From: a phage
Length of the DNA stretch: 64,000 bases
Assembly: GCA_036253495.1 (NCBI GenBank)
Contig: GCA_036253495.1_4125.1
Direction: 5' to 3' (one strand)
Translations under genes and position numbers: made by a program
Part shown: one piece after another, positions 27,352-34,854 of the stretch
Layout of the letters: every line of letters begins with the position of its first letter
How positions within the stretch are numbered: the first letter of the stretch is position 1
Notes under the pieces: model-generated
What the model was told of the DNA's origin: nothing
The model's input: the letters and a program-made list of their open reading frames with translations, nothing else
Database searches by the model: none

Positions 27352-27621
27352 ATGAAAAATATCAGTACTTTAATCGATGCAGGTACGCATGTTCGTCGGT
27401 CTATGGTTGCAACCAGTACTACAAAACAAGTAGCGAGCGGTTATCTTGTATTTGTGCACGATGGTAAACTCCTGGAACGTTCAATCAATTTTGATGTTAA
27501 AAACAATTGCCGTTTTATTATCTTTAAGCGTGAACAATATAAAATTGATTTACCAGCGAAGCCCATAAGCGGGGCGTACAACGTGCAATCATTGTTTGAG
27601 CGTCAACCATACACCTATTAA
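27352..27621 (+). CDS. hypothetical early protein
   Basis: 89 aa; SD AAGAGGA. Confidence 0.6.
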   Translation: MKNISTLIDAGTHVRRSMVATSTTKQVASGYLVFVHDGKLLERSINFDVKNNCRFIIFKREQYKIDLPAKPISGAYNVQSLFERQPYTY

Positions 27622-27672
27622 TCAAAACATCGTTAGCGGTTGATTTAGGCCGCTTATATTGAGGATTATACC

Positions 27673-27942
27673 ATGAACGTTAATCAAGTACTGAATGAAG
27701 TTGAAAGCATCATTAAACCAATGAAACGAATTGATGCAATTCCTACACCGGAAGAATGCCGCCTTTATGAGCGTTACAGTGTAGAACAAGCCCAGGCGAT
27801 GGCCCGTATCCGTCCGGTTGCTAGTACTGAGAACGCGGATCAGGACGTTACAGGGGATTATATCATTAATCCAGTACTAGGGAAGATGCCGCCAATCACC
27901 GAAGAACAAAAAGACTATTTGAGCCAGTACTTAAAAGGTTAA
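27673..27942 (+). CDS. hypothetical early protein
   Basis: 89 aa; SD GAGGA. Confidence 0.6.
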   Translation: MNVNQVLNEVESIIKPMKRIDAIPTPEECRLYERYSVEQAQAMARIRPVASTENADQDVTGDYIINPVLGKMPPITEEQKDYLSQYLKG

Positions 27943-27947
27943 TTAAT

Positions 27948-28157
27948 ATGCTTACTGTACAGGATAAGATCGACATCTTAAAGGTTAATATGTATGTGAT
28001 TGATGCAGATCCTGAAAAAGTATTTGCATACGATGATTCTAATCGTAGTCCTTTCTATTGTAGTCATGTAGTTGGATACGTGCCGTTGGCGTATGTTATC
28101 GAAAGAGTGGTTGATGCAGCATACAATCATTTTTTAGAAAATAATACTTGCAATTAG
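27948..28157 (+). CDS. hypothetical early protein
   Basis: 69 aa; closely follows upstream ORF. Confidence 0.55.
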   Translation: MLTVQDKIDILKVNMYVIDADPEKVFAYDDSNRSPFYCSHVVGYVPLAYVIERVVDAAYNHFLENNTCN

Positions 28158-28175
28158 TTTTCAGTACTGTATAAT
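28148..28175 (+). promoter_or_regulatory. early promoter + 5' stem-loop
   Basis: TTGCAA-16-TATAAT; hairpin GCGGGAA/TTCCCGC. Confidence 0.65.
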
Positions 28176-28229
28176 GATTTGCATCGAGAGCGGGAATGGT
28201 TCCCGCCTAACTCAAAGAGAGAAAATATA

Positions 28230-28472
28230 ATGGAAACTATTTTAATCAAAGACACTGCAACTACTGTTACTTATGATAATGATTGTATTATCCCTGGCAC
28301 TGATTACGGTGAACGTGTACCCGTTCAAGTCGAGATTGATACTACATACATTGACCAGGCTGAAAAGTGTATCACTATTGTTATTGGTGAATATCGTTTT
28401 CTACCAGAAGAGATCCAAAAATGGCAGTATATGATTGACCGTGCGAAATTAGTCGCACAAAGTTTAAAATAA
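28230..28472 (+). CDS. hypothetical early protein
   Basis: 80 aa from METILIKD; promoter + hairpin upstream; track extension rejected. Confidence 0.6.
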   Translation: METILIKDTATTVTYDNDCIIPGTDYGERVPVQVEIDTTYIDQAEKCITIVIGEYRFLPEEIQKWQYMIDRAKLVAQSLK

Positions 28473-28475
28473 TAC

Positions 28476-28503
28476 TTGCAATTAGTTTTCAGTACTGTAT
28501 AAT
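28476..28503 (+). promoter_or_regulatory. early promoter + 5' stem-loop
   Basis: TTGCAA-16-TATAAT; hairpin GGGGAG/CTCCCC. Confidence 0.65.
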
Positions 28504-28554
28504 GTTTTACATGAAGGGGAGAAATAGTACTCCCCACTAATTAAGGAATATGAA

Positions 28555-28701
28555 ATGAAAGCATCAAAAAAGAGTAATACTAAGAAAGCATGTTCACCTT
28601 TCGCTGGGGTATTCCCTTTACGTTTCGTTGATGAAGTGGTTTCCTACCCGCCGGGCCTTACTCCTGAGATGGTAGAAAGTTTGCGTAAATCTAAAAAATA
28701 G
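28555..28701 (+). CDS. small basic protein (48 aa, not in ORF track)
   Basis: MKASKKSNTKKACSPF...; promoter + hairpin + SD AAGGA upstream. Confidence 0.5.
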   Translation: MKASKKSNTKKACSPFAGVFPLRFVDEVVSYPPGLTPEMVESLRKSKK

Positions 28702-28704
28702 TAC

Positions 28705-28732
28705 TTGCAATTAGTTTTCAGTACTGTATAAT
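28705..28732 (+). promoter_or_regulatory. early promoter + 5' stem-loop
   Basis: TTGCAA-16-TATAAT; hairpin GGGGAAA/GGTTCTCCCC. Confidence 0.65.
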
Positions 28733-28782
28733 GTTTTACATAGAGGGGGGAAATGGTTCTCCCCGATACTAGGAGAATCAAA

Positions 28783-28935
28783 ATGAAACAATATAATGCT
28801 CGGTTTGATGTTACTATCGGCAACGGCAAAGGTCAATTTTCTTTCAGTACTCGTCGCAGTTATACAGAAAACTTCCTGCGTAATTGTGCATTGACCGCCG
28901 CACAAATTAAACATTACTTCCAGGCTAAAAAATGA
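28783..28935 (+). CDS. small hypothetical protein (50 aa)
   Basis: MKQYNARFDV...; promoter + hairpin + SD AGGAGA; track extension rejected. Confidence 0.55.
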   Translation: MKQYNARFDVTIGNGKGQFSFSTRRSYTENFLRNCALTAAQIKHYFQAKK

Positions 28936-29021
28936 AATCATTGGCTTATTACAGTTCGGCGGTGATCGGTGCATTGATCGCGGCATTGTTAGTAACCTAT
29001 CTATTCTTTGTGGTGATTTAA
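28932..29021 (+). CDS. small hydrophobic membrane peptide (29 aa)
   Basis: MKSLAYYSSAVIGALIAALLVTYLFFVVI; ATGA overlap with upstream stop. Confidence 0.4.
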   Translation: MKSLAYYSSAVIGALIAALLVTYLFFVVI

Positions 29022-29159
29022 ATGAATCCTAACGGTTTAATTTATAGTACTCCTAAAACGAAAGCAGATAAAGCGAAAGCACGTAAAGCGAAAGTAAAGG
29101 AGTACATCAAGCAAGGCATGACGCGAAAAGCAGCAGTACTAAAAGCTAAAAATAAATGA
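29022..29159 (+). CDS. small Lys-rich protein (45 aa)
   Basis: MNPNGLIYSTPKTKADKAKARKAKVKEY...; directly follows membrane peptide. Confidence 0.4.
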   Translation: MNPNGLIYSTPKTKADKAKARKAKVKEYIKQGMTRKAAVLKAKNK

Positions 29160-29164
29160 AAAAA

Positions 29165-29197
29165 GTGGTTGACTTCGGTCAGCCATTTTGCTATTAT
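29165..29197 (+). promoter_or_regulatory. composite terminator-hairpin/promoter element (copy 1, divergent)
   Basis: AAAAAGTGGTTGACTTCGGTCAGCCATTTTGCTATTAT: hairpin spans -35 TTGACT and spacer; -10 TATTAT. Confidence 0.5.
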
Positions 29198-29278
29198 ATA
29201 TTCATTGAGAGATAGCTCACTAGCCCACCGGGTGCGGAAGTGTAAATAAAATATATCAATCTAATAAGGAGTACTACA

Positions 29279-29461
29279 ATGTTTAAACCAATCGAACTAG
29301 CGGCATCACATATCATCGGTAAACCTGCCGTTATCATACGCCAGGAAGACGTAAACCTATGGATCATCTATGTAGACATGAAAGAGATTGAGCGTCACGA
29401 TGATTTCAAATCAGCGTCAATTGCGTATGATATGGCGTTATGTGAGTATCAAAGAGATTAA
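29279..29461 (+). CDS. hypothetical early protein
   Basis: 60 aa; SD AAGGAG; composite terminator/promoter element upstream. Confidence 0.6.
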   Translation: MFKPIELAASHIIGKPAVIIRQEDVNLWIIYVDMKEIERHDDFKSASIAYDMALCEYQRD

Positions 29462-29481
29462 AAGTATTTTGCAAAAAGTAC

Positions 29482-29509
29482 TTGCATTGTACTTAGAATC
29501 AAGTATAAT
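29482..29509 (+). promoter_or_regulatory. early promoter + 5' stem-loop
   Basis: TTGCAT-16-TATAAT; hairpin GGGGAAAC/GTTTCCCC. Confidence 0.65.
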
Positions 29510-29561
29510 GTTTTACATAGCAAGGGGAAACGGTTTCCCCTGGTAACTAAGGAAATGAATT

Positions 29562-30029
29562 ATGAATAGCATCGAATTCGTCGCAGCAGTACAAGAAAAC
29601 TTCCTGAAAGTATTCCCTAACGGTTTCTTTATCGCCCGACCTTTACCGCTGGGTGGCGACGTGGGGATCACTATGTCACTGACTCGCGAGCTTGCCGACT
29701 GCCCCCACAATATCCGCGATAACGACCGCATGATGATGACCTTTGCGATCCACGGTATGAAGTTCGGGGATAGCGACGAATACACAGACAAGCTGATCAT
29801 GGAACCGTACCGCAGCGTTATCAGTACTATTCCACGTAAACAGTACTACGCGATGGGACATGACAAAATCCCTACCCGTAAGACTACAAACACGCCTGAG
29901 AAGCTGTTAGCGACTCTTAACAAGTATATTCGGGCCGCAGGTAAACAGGTGTTAGATCTTAAAGCATTAAACGAGATTTACCAACAGGAAAACATCAAAG
30001 AGCAGTACTTAGAAATTAACGTAAAATAG
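29562..30029 (+). CDS. hypothetical early protein
   Basis: 155 aa; promoter TTGCAT/TATAAT + hairpin GGGGAAAC/GTTTCCCC upstream. Confidence 0.7.
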   Translation: MNSIEFVAAVQENFLKVFPNGFFIARPLPLGGDVGITMSLTRELADCPHNIRDNDRMMMTFAIHGMKFGDSDEYTDKLIMEPYRSVISTIPRKQYYAMGHDKIPTRKTTNTPEKLLATLNKYIRAAGKQVLDLKALNEIYQQENIKEQYLEINVK

Positions 30030-30032
30030 TAC

Positions 30033-30061
30033 TAGACAACACAACGGGGCTATTATATAAT
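30033..30061 (+). promoter_or_regulatory. promoter
   Basis: TAGACA-17-TATAAT within imperfect palindrome. Confidence 0.45.
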
Positions 30062-30093
30062 AGTCCCATCTTAAGCAAACAAGGAACTACAAA

Positions 30094-30432
30094 ATGATCT
30101 CAATCGCTCAATCTAACTTTGAAAACGAAATCATCGCCCAGGCACTGCGTTTAAATGATGGTCGGGCCGAAATTAATTACGGTTTCAATTCAGGCGGTTG
30201 TGAAAACTATCAGTACTTTGTAACGGCTGATGGCGGTGTCCTGGGAATCAATACAGTTATTGTAAACATTCAGAAAATTAATTTCAATGATCCAGAAGAT
30301 AGCCAGTTTTACATCACGGGCGTAGACGTGAACTATGAGGATGACTCACTAACTGATGATTGCACTGGTGAGAAGTTAGAAAGTGCATACGGTGAAGATG
30401 ATTATCAGTCCGGTCCAGAAGATTTCGAATAA
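30094..30432 (+). CDS. acidic hypothetical protein (candidate DNA-mimic)
   Basis: 112 aa; highly acidic C-terminal half (NDPEDSQFY...YEDDSLTDD...YGEDDYQSGPEDFE). Confidence 0.6.
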   Translation: MISIAQSNFENEIIAQALRLNDGRAEINYGFNSGGCENYQYFVTADGGVLGINTVIVNIQKINFNDPEDSQFYITGVDVNYEDDSLTDDCTGEKLESAYGEDDYQSGPEDFE

Positions 30433-30445
30433 TATAAAAAATAGT

Positions 30446-30473
30446 TTGACAATAGATTATAGTACTGTATAAT
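30446..30473 (+). promoter_or_regulatory. early promoter + 5' stem-loop
   Basis: TTGACA-16-TATAAT; hairpin GGGGAGAA/TTCTCCCC. Confidence 0.65.
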
Positions 30474-30524
30474 AAGTTACATCAAGGGGAGAATAGTTCT
30501 CCCCACAAACAGAGAGAAAACAAA

Positions 30525-30737
30525 ATGGCTAATATCCGCACTGTACTGAAAAATGCAAAACAAGTTTTATTTTCTGATCATGAAAATTTCAACAAGGATA
30601 TCACAGGCGTTCGGAATATCAAAGATGTAAAAAATGTTATGGGTATCTATTGCAATATGAAACGTGTTGGCACGTTCGGCGATAAAGTACTATACCAGGC
30701 AGGGGATTACAATTTTACACTGACTATCATTAACTAA
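30525..30737 (+). CDS. hypothetical early protein
   Basis: 70 aa; promoter + hairpin upstream. Confidence 0.65.
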   Translation: MANIRTVLKNAKQVLFSDHENFNKDITGVRNIKDVKNVMGIYCNMKRVGTFGDKVLYQAGDYNFTLTIIN

Positions 30738-30756
30738 AAATATTATCACAGTACTA

Positions 30757-30785
30757 TTGACAACGTTTGATAGTACTGACATAAT
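30757..30785 (+). promoter_or_regulatory. early promoter (duplicated cassette, copy 3)
   Basis: TTGACA-17-CATAAT. Confidence 0.6.
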
Positions 30786-30827
30786 AACTTTTATCAAGAC
30801 AACGCATATTAACTTAAGGAATTAAAA

Positions 30828-31007
30828 ATGGCTATTATCGCAAAAACTGAAATCGTTGGTCTGGATTCTATCATCATGACGTTTGAAGATCAAAAAGGGA
30901 TGTATGTAGTTTCCTATGGTGATTATGTTCGGGAGTATGAAACGGTAGACGAAGCCTTTGAAAGTTACATTCGCCAGGTGAATAAAGCATACGACGACTA
31001 CCGCTAA
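30828..31007 (+). CDS. small hypothetical protein (59 aa, not in ORF track), cassette paralog of 26644-26856
   Basis: MAIIAKTEIVGLDS...; same promoter/leader cassette as 26553-26643. Confidence 0.55.
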   Translation: MAIIAKTEIVGLDSIIMTFEDQKGMYVVSYGDYVREYETVDEAFESYIRQVNKAYDDYR

Positions 31008-31034
31008 AATATATTACCAGTACTATTAAAGATA

Positions 31035-31062
31035 TTGACATAGTTTGATAGTACTGTATAAT
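31035..31062 (+). promoter_or_regulatory. early promoter
   Basis: TTGACA-16-TATAAT. Confidence 0.6.
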
Positions 31063-31106
31063 AAGTTTTATCAACAGTAGTTAACTTAACCTAAGAGAGA
31101 AAGAAA

Positions 31107-31250
31107 ATGATCGCACTGGATTCATTCATCGAAGCAGTACTGGCAAAAACTGGCGAAGATCTGACCGCAGAACAATACGCAATGATCGAACAATGCCAGC
31201 AAGACGGTAAATCGGTGAAAGATACTGTTAAGATTATCCGCAAGATGTAA
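31107..31250 (+). CDS. small hypothetical protein (47 aa, not in ORF track)
   Basis: MIALDSFIEAVLAKTGEDLTAEQYAMIEQCQQDGK...; promoter upstream, terminator downstream. Confidence 0.5.
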   Translation: MIALDSFIEAVLAKTGEDLTAEQYAMIEQCQQDGKSVKDTVKIIRKM

Positions 31251-31255
31251 GATTA

Positions 31256-31288
31256 TAGCCCACTGGTTAACGCTGGTGGGCTTTTTAG
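31256..31288 (+). terminator. rho-independent terminator (contains Chi octamer)
   Basis: AGCCCAC-tggttaacgctg-GTGGGCT + TTTT; includes GCTGGTGG. Confidence 0.65.
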
Positions 31289-31362
31289 TATATACCTATC
31301 CGATAGTACTACAAAATAGATTAGCTCGTTAGAATGCGTTTGAGAGCGTTTAAATAAGTACT

Positions 31363-31390
31363 AAAAAGTATTGACAGTACTGATAGATAG
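31363..31390 (+). promoter_or_regulatory. early promoter + 5' stem-loop
   Basis: TTGACA-16-TATAAT; hairpin GGGGAA-acatc-TTCCCC. Confidence 0.65.
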
Positions 31391-31445
31391 TGTATAATGT
31401 TTTACATGAAGGGGAAACATCTTCCCCTACTAAGAGGAAAACAAA

Positions 31446-31634
31446 ATGGAACAATTATCAAGTATTTTAGTACAAGATGAATACGGCAATCCAGGAAGTG
31501 CTATCATTGTTCGGGGTAATAAGGCAACGTTTGTTATTGCTGGTGGACCTGTACAGCGTAGCATTAAAAACAATGCCGTTACTATTAATAATGTACGCTA
31601 TCGTTTAGATAAAGAATTAATTCATAAACTTTAA
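31446..31634 (+). CDS. hypothetical early protein
   Basis: 62 aa; promoter + hairpin upstream. Confidence 0.65.
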   Translation: MEQLSSILVQDEYGNPGSAIIVRGNKATFVIAGGPVQRSIKNNAVTINNVRYRLDKELIHKL

Positions 31635-31642
31635 AAAAGTAC

Positions 31643-31670
31643 TGGACAATAGATTATAGTACTGTATAAT
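31643..31670 (+). promoter_or_regulatory. early promoter + 5' stem-loop
   Basis: TGGACA-16-TATAAT; hairpin GGGGAGAA/TTCTCCCC. Confidence 0.6.
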
Positions 31671-31720
31671 AAGTTACATGAAGGGGAGAAATGATTCTCC
31701 CCAGTACTGAGGAAAGAAAA

Positions 31721-31933
31721 ATGCAAGGTCAACTAATCGTTCGTAAATGGTCTGATACTAACGCTAAACCGTGGGATGTACAATACATCGCCCCCAATGG
31801 TGAATCCAGATATCAACCAGGTGTAACGCATAGTACTGAGCAATATGCCGCCGCACACCGTGAACGCCTGTTACAATCCATGCAGCAAGGCTTCGGTGAA
31901 AAATTCATCCAAGATCATTGGCTGAAAGATTAA
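31721..31933 (+). CDS. hypothetical early protein
   Basis: 70 aa from MQGQLIVRKW; promoter + hairpin; track extension rejected. Confidence 0.65.
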   Translation: MQGQLIVRKWSDTNAKPWDVQYIAPNGESRYQPGVTHSTEQYAAAHRERLLQSMQQGFGEKFIQDHWLKD

Positions 31934-31941
31934 AAAAGTAT

Positions 31942-31969
31942 TTGACAAAGTATCACAGTACTGTATAAT
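31942..31969 (+). promoter_or_regulatory. early promoter + 5' stem-loop
   Basis: TTGACA-16-TATAAT; hairpin GGGGAGAA/TTTCTCCCC. Confidence 0.65.
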
Positions 31970-32020
31970 TAATTACATCAAGGGGAGAAGTTTTCTCCCC
32001 ACCATATAAGGGTAACAGTT

Positions 32021-32110
32021 ATGCACATGAATCCGTTCATAGTAGTAATTGCAATCATTATGGCAGTACAGGCCGTATTAGTTTACTTAAGCAAAGCAGG
32101 AGTTATCTAA
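32021..32110 (+). CDS. small hydrophobic membrane peptide (29 aa)
   Basis: MHMNPFIVVIAIIMAVQAVLVYLSKAGVI; promoter + hairpin upstream. Confidence 0.4.
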   Translation: MHMNPFIVVIAIIMAVQAVLVYLSKAGVI

Positions 32111-32111
32111 A

Positions 32112-32285
32112 ATGATCCATGTAGAATTATCAGTACTGAAAGATTTGTTTTATCGGATGGGTACTACTGGCGAATATCCGAAGGGTGATACCGCAAAACT
32201 TTTTGTATCACTCGACTTATGGCAACGCGAACAATTAGTAACGTCCTGGCGTAAAGGTAAAGCCGACAAGGGGGCCGTAGCATGA
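32112..32285 (+). CDS. small hypothetical protein (57 aa, not in ORF track)
   Basis: MIHVELSVLKDLFYRMGTTGEYPKGD...; preferred over antisense track ORF 32150-32332. Confidence 0.45.
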   Translation: MIHVELSVLKDLFYRMGTTGEYPKGDTAKLFVSLDLWQREQLVTSWRKGKADKGAVA

Positions 32286-32431
32286 AAGAATACATTTTCG
32301 AAGTTACGTTTTTGGGTAAAGGTATGCATCAACTGATACGGTCCAGCGGATACAGTGTTAACCAGGCGTGGAATAACTTAAAACAAATGTACCCGAACGC
32401 TATCACATATCGCAACCCTCGCGAGGCATAA
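32282..32431 (+). CDS. small hypothetical protein (49 aa, not in ORF track)
   Basis: MKEYIFEVTFLGKGMHQLIRSSGYS...; ATGA overlap with upstream ORF. Confidence 0.45.
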   Translation: MKEYIFEVTFLGKGMHQLIRSSGYSVNQAWNNLKQMYPNAITYRNPREA

Positions 32432-32446
32432 AATAAATTGAAAAAA

Positions 32447-32479
32447 GGGATTGACTCCGGTCAGTCCCTTTGCTATTAT
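32447..32479 (+). promoter_or_regulatory. composite terminator-hairpin/promoter element (copy 2)
   Basis: AAAAAAGGGATTGACTCCGGTCAGTCCCTTTGCTATTAT. Confidence 0.55.
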
Positions 32480-32578
32480 ATACGCATAGAAACAAATTAG
32501 CCCACCGGGTGCATAAATGTATCTATTGTTTGCTGGTGGAGGTATTATCTAGTACTGAAAACTATTTTTAAAAAGTAC

Positions 32579-32606
32579 TTGCATTGTACTTAGAATCAAG
32601 TATAAT
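32579..32606 (+). promoter_or_regulatory. early promoter (upstream of structured leader)
   Basis: TTGCAT-16-TATAAT GTTTTACATCAG. Confidence 0.6.
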
Positions 32607-32612
32607 GTTTTA

Positions 32613-32694
32613 CATCAGGACGGGGAATGAAACAAGTAACCCCGTTAAGTAGTCCAGGAGTAAGACATAAGAAAACCTCCCCTGATAAAATAGT
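32613..32694 (+). other. conserved structured 5' leader RNA between tandem promoters (copy 2)
   Basis: ACGGGGAAtgaaacaagtaaCCCCGT then CCAGGAG...CCTCCCCTG. Confidence 0.5.
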
Positions 32695-32722
32695 TTGACA
32701 ATAGAAAGTAAACGAGTATAAT
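32695..32722 (+). promoter_or_regulatory. second (proximal) promoter
   Basis: TTGACA-16-TATAAT before ATG 32755. Confidence 0.55.
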
Positions 32723-32754
32723 ACTTACATCAACCACTGATAAGGAAACATAAA

Positions 32755-33030
32755 ATGCGGATTCTACTGACAGCTAACGAAATCGAGCAAGTACTGACTA
32801 CTAACCTGGAACAATGGAAACGTGATGCAGATATCCAGGCGGTACAATGGCTTAACGATAAGTTAACGCCAGATGACTTAAGCAAGATTGTTGACCCTCA
32901 ATTCTATGAAGATATTCACGACACGGCTTTAAGCGTCGAGGATGTACTTGATAAGCACTACATTGATATTGATTTGCAGGTTTACGGTCGTAAAAACTTT
33001 ATCACTATTCACGACATTTACAATACTTAA
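32755..33030 (+). CDS. hypothetical early protein
   Basis: 91 aa; tandem promoters and structured leader upstream. Confidence 0.65.
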   Translation: MRILLTANEIEQVLTTNLEQWKRDADIQAVQWLNDKLTPDDLSKIVDPQFYEDIHDTALSVEDVLDKHYIDIDLQVYGRKNFITIHDIYNT

Positions 33031-33033
33031 GTA

Positions 33034-33061
33034 TTGACAAAGTATCTTAGTACTGTATAAT
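33034..33061 (+). promoter_or_regulatory. early promoter + 5' stem-loop
   Basis: TTGACA-16-TATAAT; hairpin GAGGGGAA/TTCCCCTC. Confidence 0.65.
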
Positions 33062-33115
33062 AGTTTACATCAAGAGGGGAATGGTTCCCCTCCTAACAAA
33101 GAGAGAGAAATAAAA

Positions 33116-33298
33116 ATGGCTAAGTGCACTATCTGTAAGAAAGAAATCGTATTAGTTCCAAGTGCCCGTGAACGTGCCGCTCGGTTCGGTGGCAAAGCGT
33201 CAGACTATACAAAAATGTTTACTGCCCATGCAGATTGCCAGGTAGCAAAACGTTCACAAGAAAGCGTAGAATTAATGCGTAAACTTTCCAAAAAATAA
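33116..33298 (+). CDS. small zinc-ribbon-like protein
   Basis: 60 aa; CTIC...HADC motif; promoter + hairpin upstream. Confidence 0.6.
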   Translation: MAKCTICKKEIVLVPSARERAARFGGKASDYTKMFTAHADCQVAKRSQESVELMRKLSKK

Positions 33299-33301
33299 GT
33301 A

Positions 33302-33329
33302 TTGACAAAGTATCTTAGTACTGTATAAT
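33302..33329 (+). promoter_or_regulatory. early promoter + 5' stem-loop (duplicate of 33034)
   Basis: TTGACA-16-TATAAT; hairpin GAGGGGAA/TTCCCCTC. Confidence 0.65.
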
Positions 33330-33385
33330 AGTTTACATCAAGTGAGGGGAATGGTTCCCCTCCTAACTAAAAGAGAGAAATAAAA

Positions 33386-33709
33386 ATGGCTATGATCCTC
33401 ACCCAGAAAGTAGAACTGAAAATTGTAACATCCTTTGACATTAAAGTTAATCGGTGGACTGATTCACACGGCAATACTTACCACTCTTGCTACGTGTCTG
33501 CGTTAATTGGCGACCGCTGGGAGGATTTAGGACATGAAACCTTTACTTACGGTTACGGCACACAAGGCGAATACACGGGCTTGGAGATCATTAAAGAAAC
33601 GGTTATAGGTTTCAACCCGAAAGAAAAAGTTATTCATCAAATAGAAAAAGAGATCAACAAAGAAATAACAGTTCGCTACAACGATGTAAAACGTAAGAAA
33701 GACATGTAA
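33386..33709 (+). CDS. hypothetical early protein (paralog of 26948-27271)
   Basis: 107 aa; upstream promoter/hairpin nearly identical to that of 33116. Confidence 0.7.
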   Translation: MAMILTQKVELKIVTSFDIKVNRWTDSHGNTYHSCYVSALIGDRWEDLGHETFTYGYGTQGEYTGLEIIKETVIGFNPKEKVIHQIEKEINKEITVRYNDVKRKKDM

Positions 33710-33731
33710 TAGAATCCATTTAAAGTACTAT

Positions 33732-33760
33732 TTGACATTGCCCAGATAGTACTTTATAAT
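33732..33760 (+). promoter_or_regulatory. early promoter
   Basis: TTGACA-17-TATAAT. Confidence 0.6.
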
Positions 33761-33804
33761 AGACTCTAGCTTGTAGTACTAACTTAACTAATAGGATGTA
33801 TACC

Positions 33805-34200
33805 ATGATTACTAAATTCTACGCTACCCGTGAAGCTGCCCGTATTGTTGCACGCGAGGAAGGAGCAGCATTTAAAGACATGGGCACGACCGCACCGAAA
33901 GGCCAACGCTGGGCCGTACAGTTCAAAGAAATCTCTGATATTGTGAATTCACCTGAACCAGTACTAACAGCAGCAGAACAGAAGAAAGCTGATGAACTGT
34001 CAGCAGTACTTAACGCTCAAGATGAATTTATCGCGGGTTCTGATATCAAAGTACAGGTAAATGCTAATGCATGGACTCACGCGGATCACCTGGCTAACCT
34101 GAAGCGTCCAAGTGAACTGGTTCGCAACCAGAAAGAGATCCGACACGACCGTAAGGGTAATCGTGTAACAGTATACAGTAAACGCCGCCAGGTTATCTAA
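33805..34200 (+). CDS. hypothetical early protein (paralog of 21133-21399)
   Basis: 131 aa from MITKFYATREAAR; SD AGGA; terminator downstream. Confidence 0.65.
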   Translation: MITKFYATREAARIVAREEGAAFKDMGTTAPKGQRWAVQFKEISDIVNSPEPVLTAAEQKKADELSAVLNAQDEFIAGSDIKVQVNANAWTHADHLANLKRPSELVRNQKEIRHDRKGNRVTVYSKRRQVI

Positions 34201-34221
34201 TAACTTGCAGTACTAACAACA

Positions 34222-34250
34222 CGGCGGGATCAGTTCCCGCCTTTTTTATA
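34222..34250 (+). terminator. rho-independent terminator
   Basis: GGCGGGA-tcagt-TCCCGCC + TTTTTT. Confidence 0.75.
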
Positions 34251-34262
34251 GGATAAACTAAA

Positions 34263-34517
34263 ATGATTAAGGTACAACTATCTAAAGATAATATCTTGCG
34301 GGTACACTATAAAGCCCCTCAGAGAATCATCACAAAGGCCGTACAGCTTGCTAATGAGTTTATTAATGGTAATCTATTGCCCAGGAAGTTAAGCAACGGC
34401 AAACTGCGTGTAATCGATGTAGACACTAACAACAGGATAGTAATCGAGAATACCGGAAAGATAAACCTCTATGAACACCAACAATATAATAAGAAAATAA
34501 AACTAATATCACGTTGA
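34263..34517 (+). CDS. hypothetical early protein
   Basis: 84 aa; SD AGGA. Confidence 0.6.
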   Translation: MIKVQLSKDNILRVHYKAPQRIITKAVQLANEFINGNLLPRKLSNGKLRVIDVDTNNRIVIENTGKINLYEHQQYNKKIKLISR

Positions 34518-34542
34518 CAGTACTCAATTGTTTTAGTACTAT
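34514..34542 (+). promoter_or_regulatory. early promoter
   Basis: TTGACA-17-TACTAT. Confidence 0.55.
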
Positions 34543-34570
34543 GTATCTATACCAACACGGGAGAAACAAA

Positions 34571-34789
34571 ATGAAATTATCTAAAATCGAAAAGAAAACT
34601 ATTGATGAAGCAGTTAAGCACGGTTATACCTTTCGTAATGATTCACATTTTACCAATTTTCAACAAGGGTATCGTACTATTAAAAAACTAATTGACAAAG
34701 GTTTATTAGTTAAAGTAGATAACGGTAACGGCGTGGAGTATCAGCCAACACAAGACGCATTATCTTTAAAGAAATATGCAATTATCTAA
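34571..34789 (+). CDS. hypothetical early protein
   Basis: 72 aa from MKLSKIEKK; promoter TTGACA/TACTAT; SD GGGAGA; track extension rejected. Confidence 0.6.
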   Translation: MKLSKIEKKTIDEAVKHGYTFRNDSHFTNFQQGYRTIKKLIDKGLLVKVDNGNGVEYQPTQDALSLKKYAII

Positions 34790-34818
34790 TTGACAGTACT
34801 CAAATGTTTTAGTACTAT
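34790..34818 (+). promoter_or_regulatory. early promoter (duplicate of 34514)
   Basis: TTGACA-17-TACTAT. Confidence 0.55.
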
Positions 34819-34854
34819 ATGTACATACCAACACGGAATAACTGGAGAAACAAA

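Noticed and set aside
32150-32332. Minus-strand ORF 32150-32332
   Set aside because: Plus-strand small ORFs 32112-32285 and 32282-32431 fit the promoter direction and coupling better.
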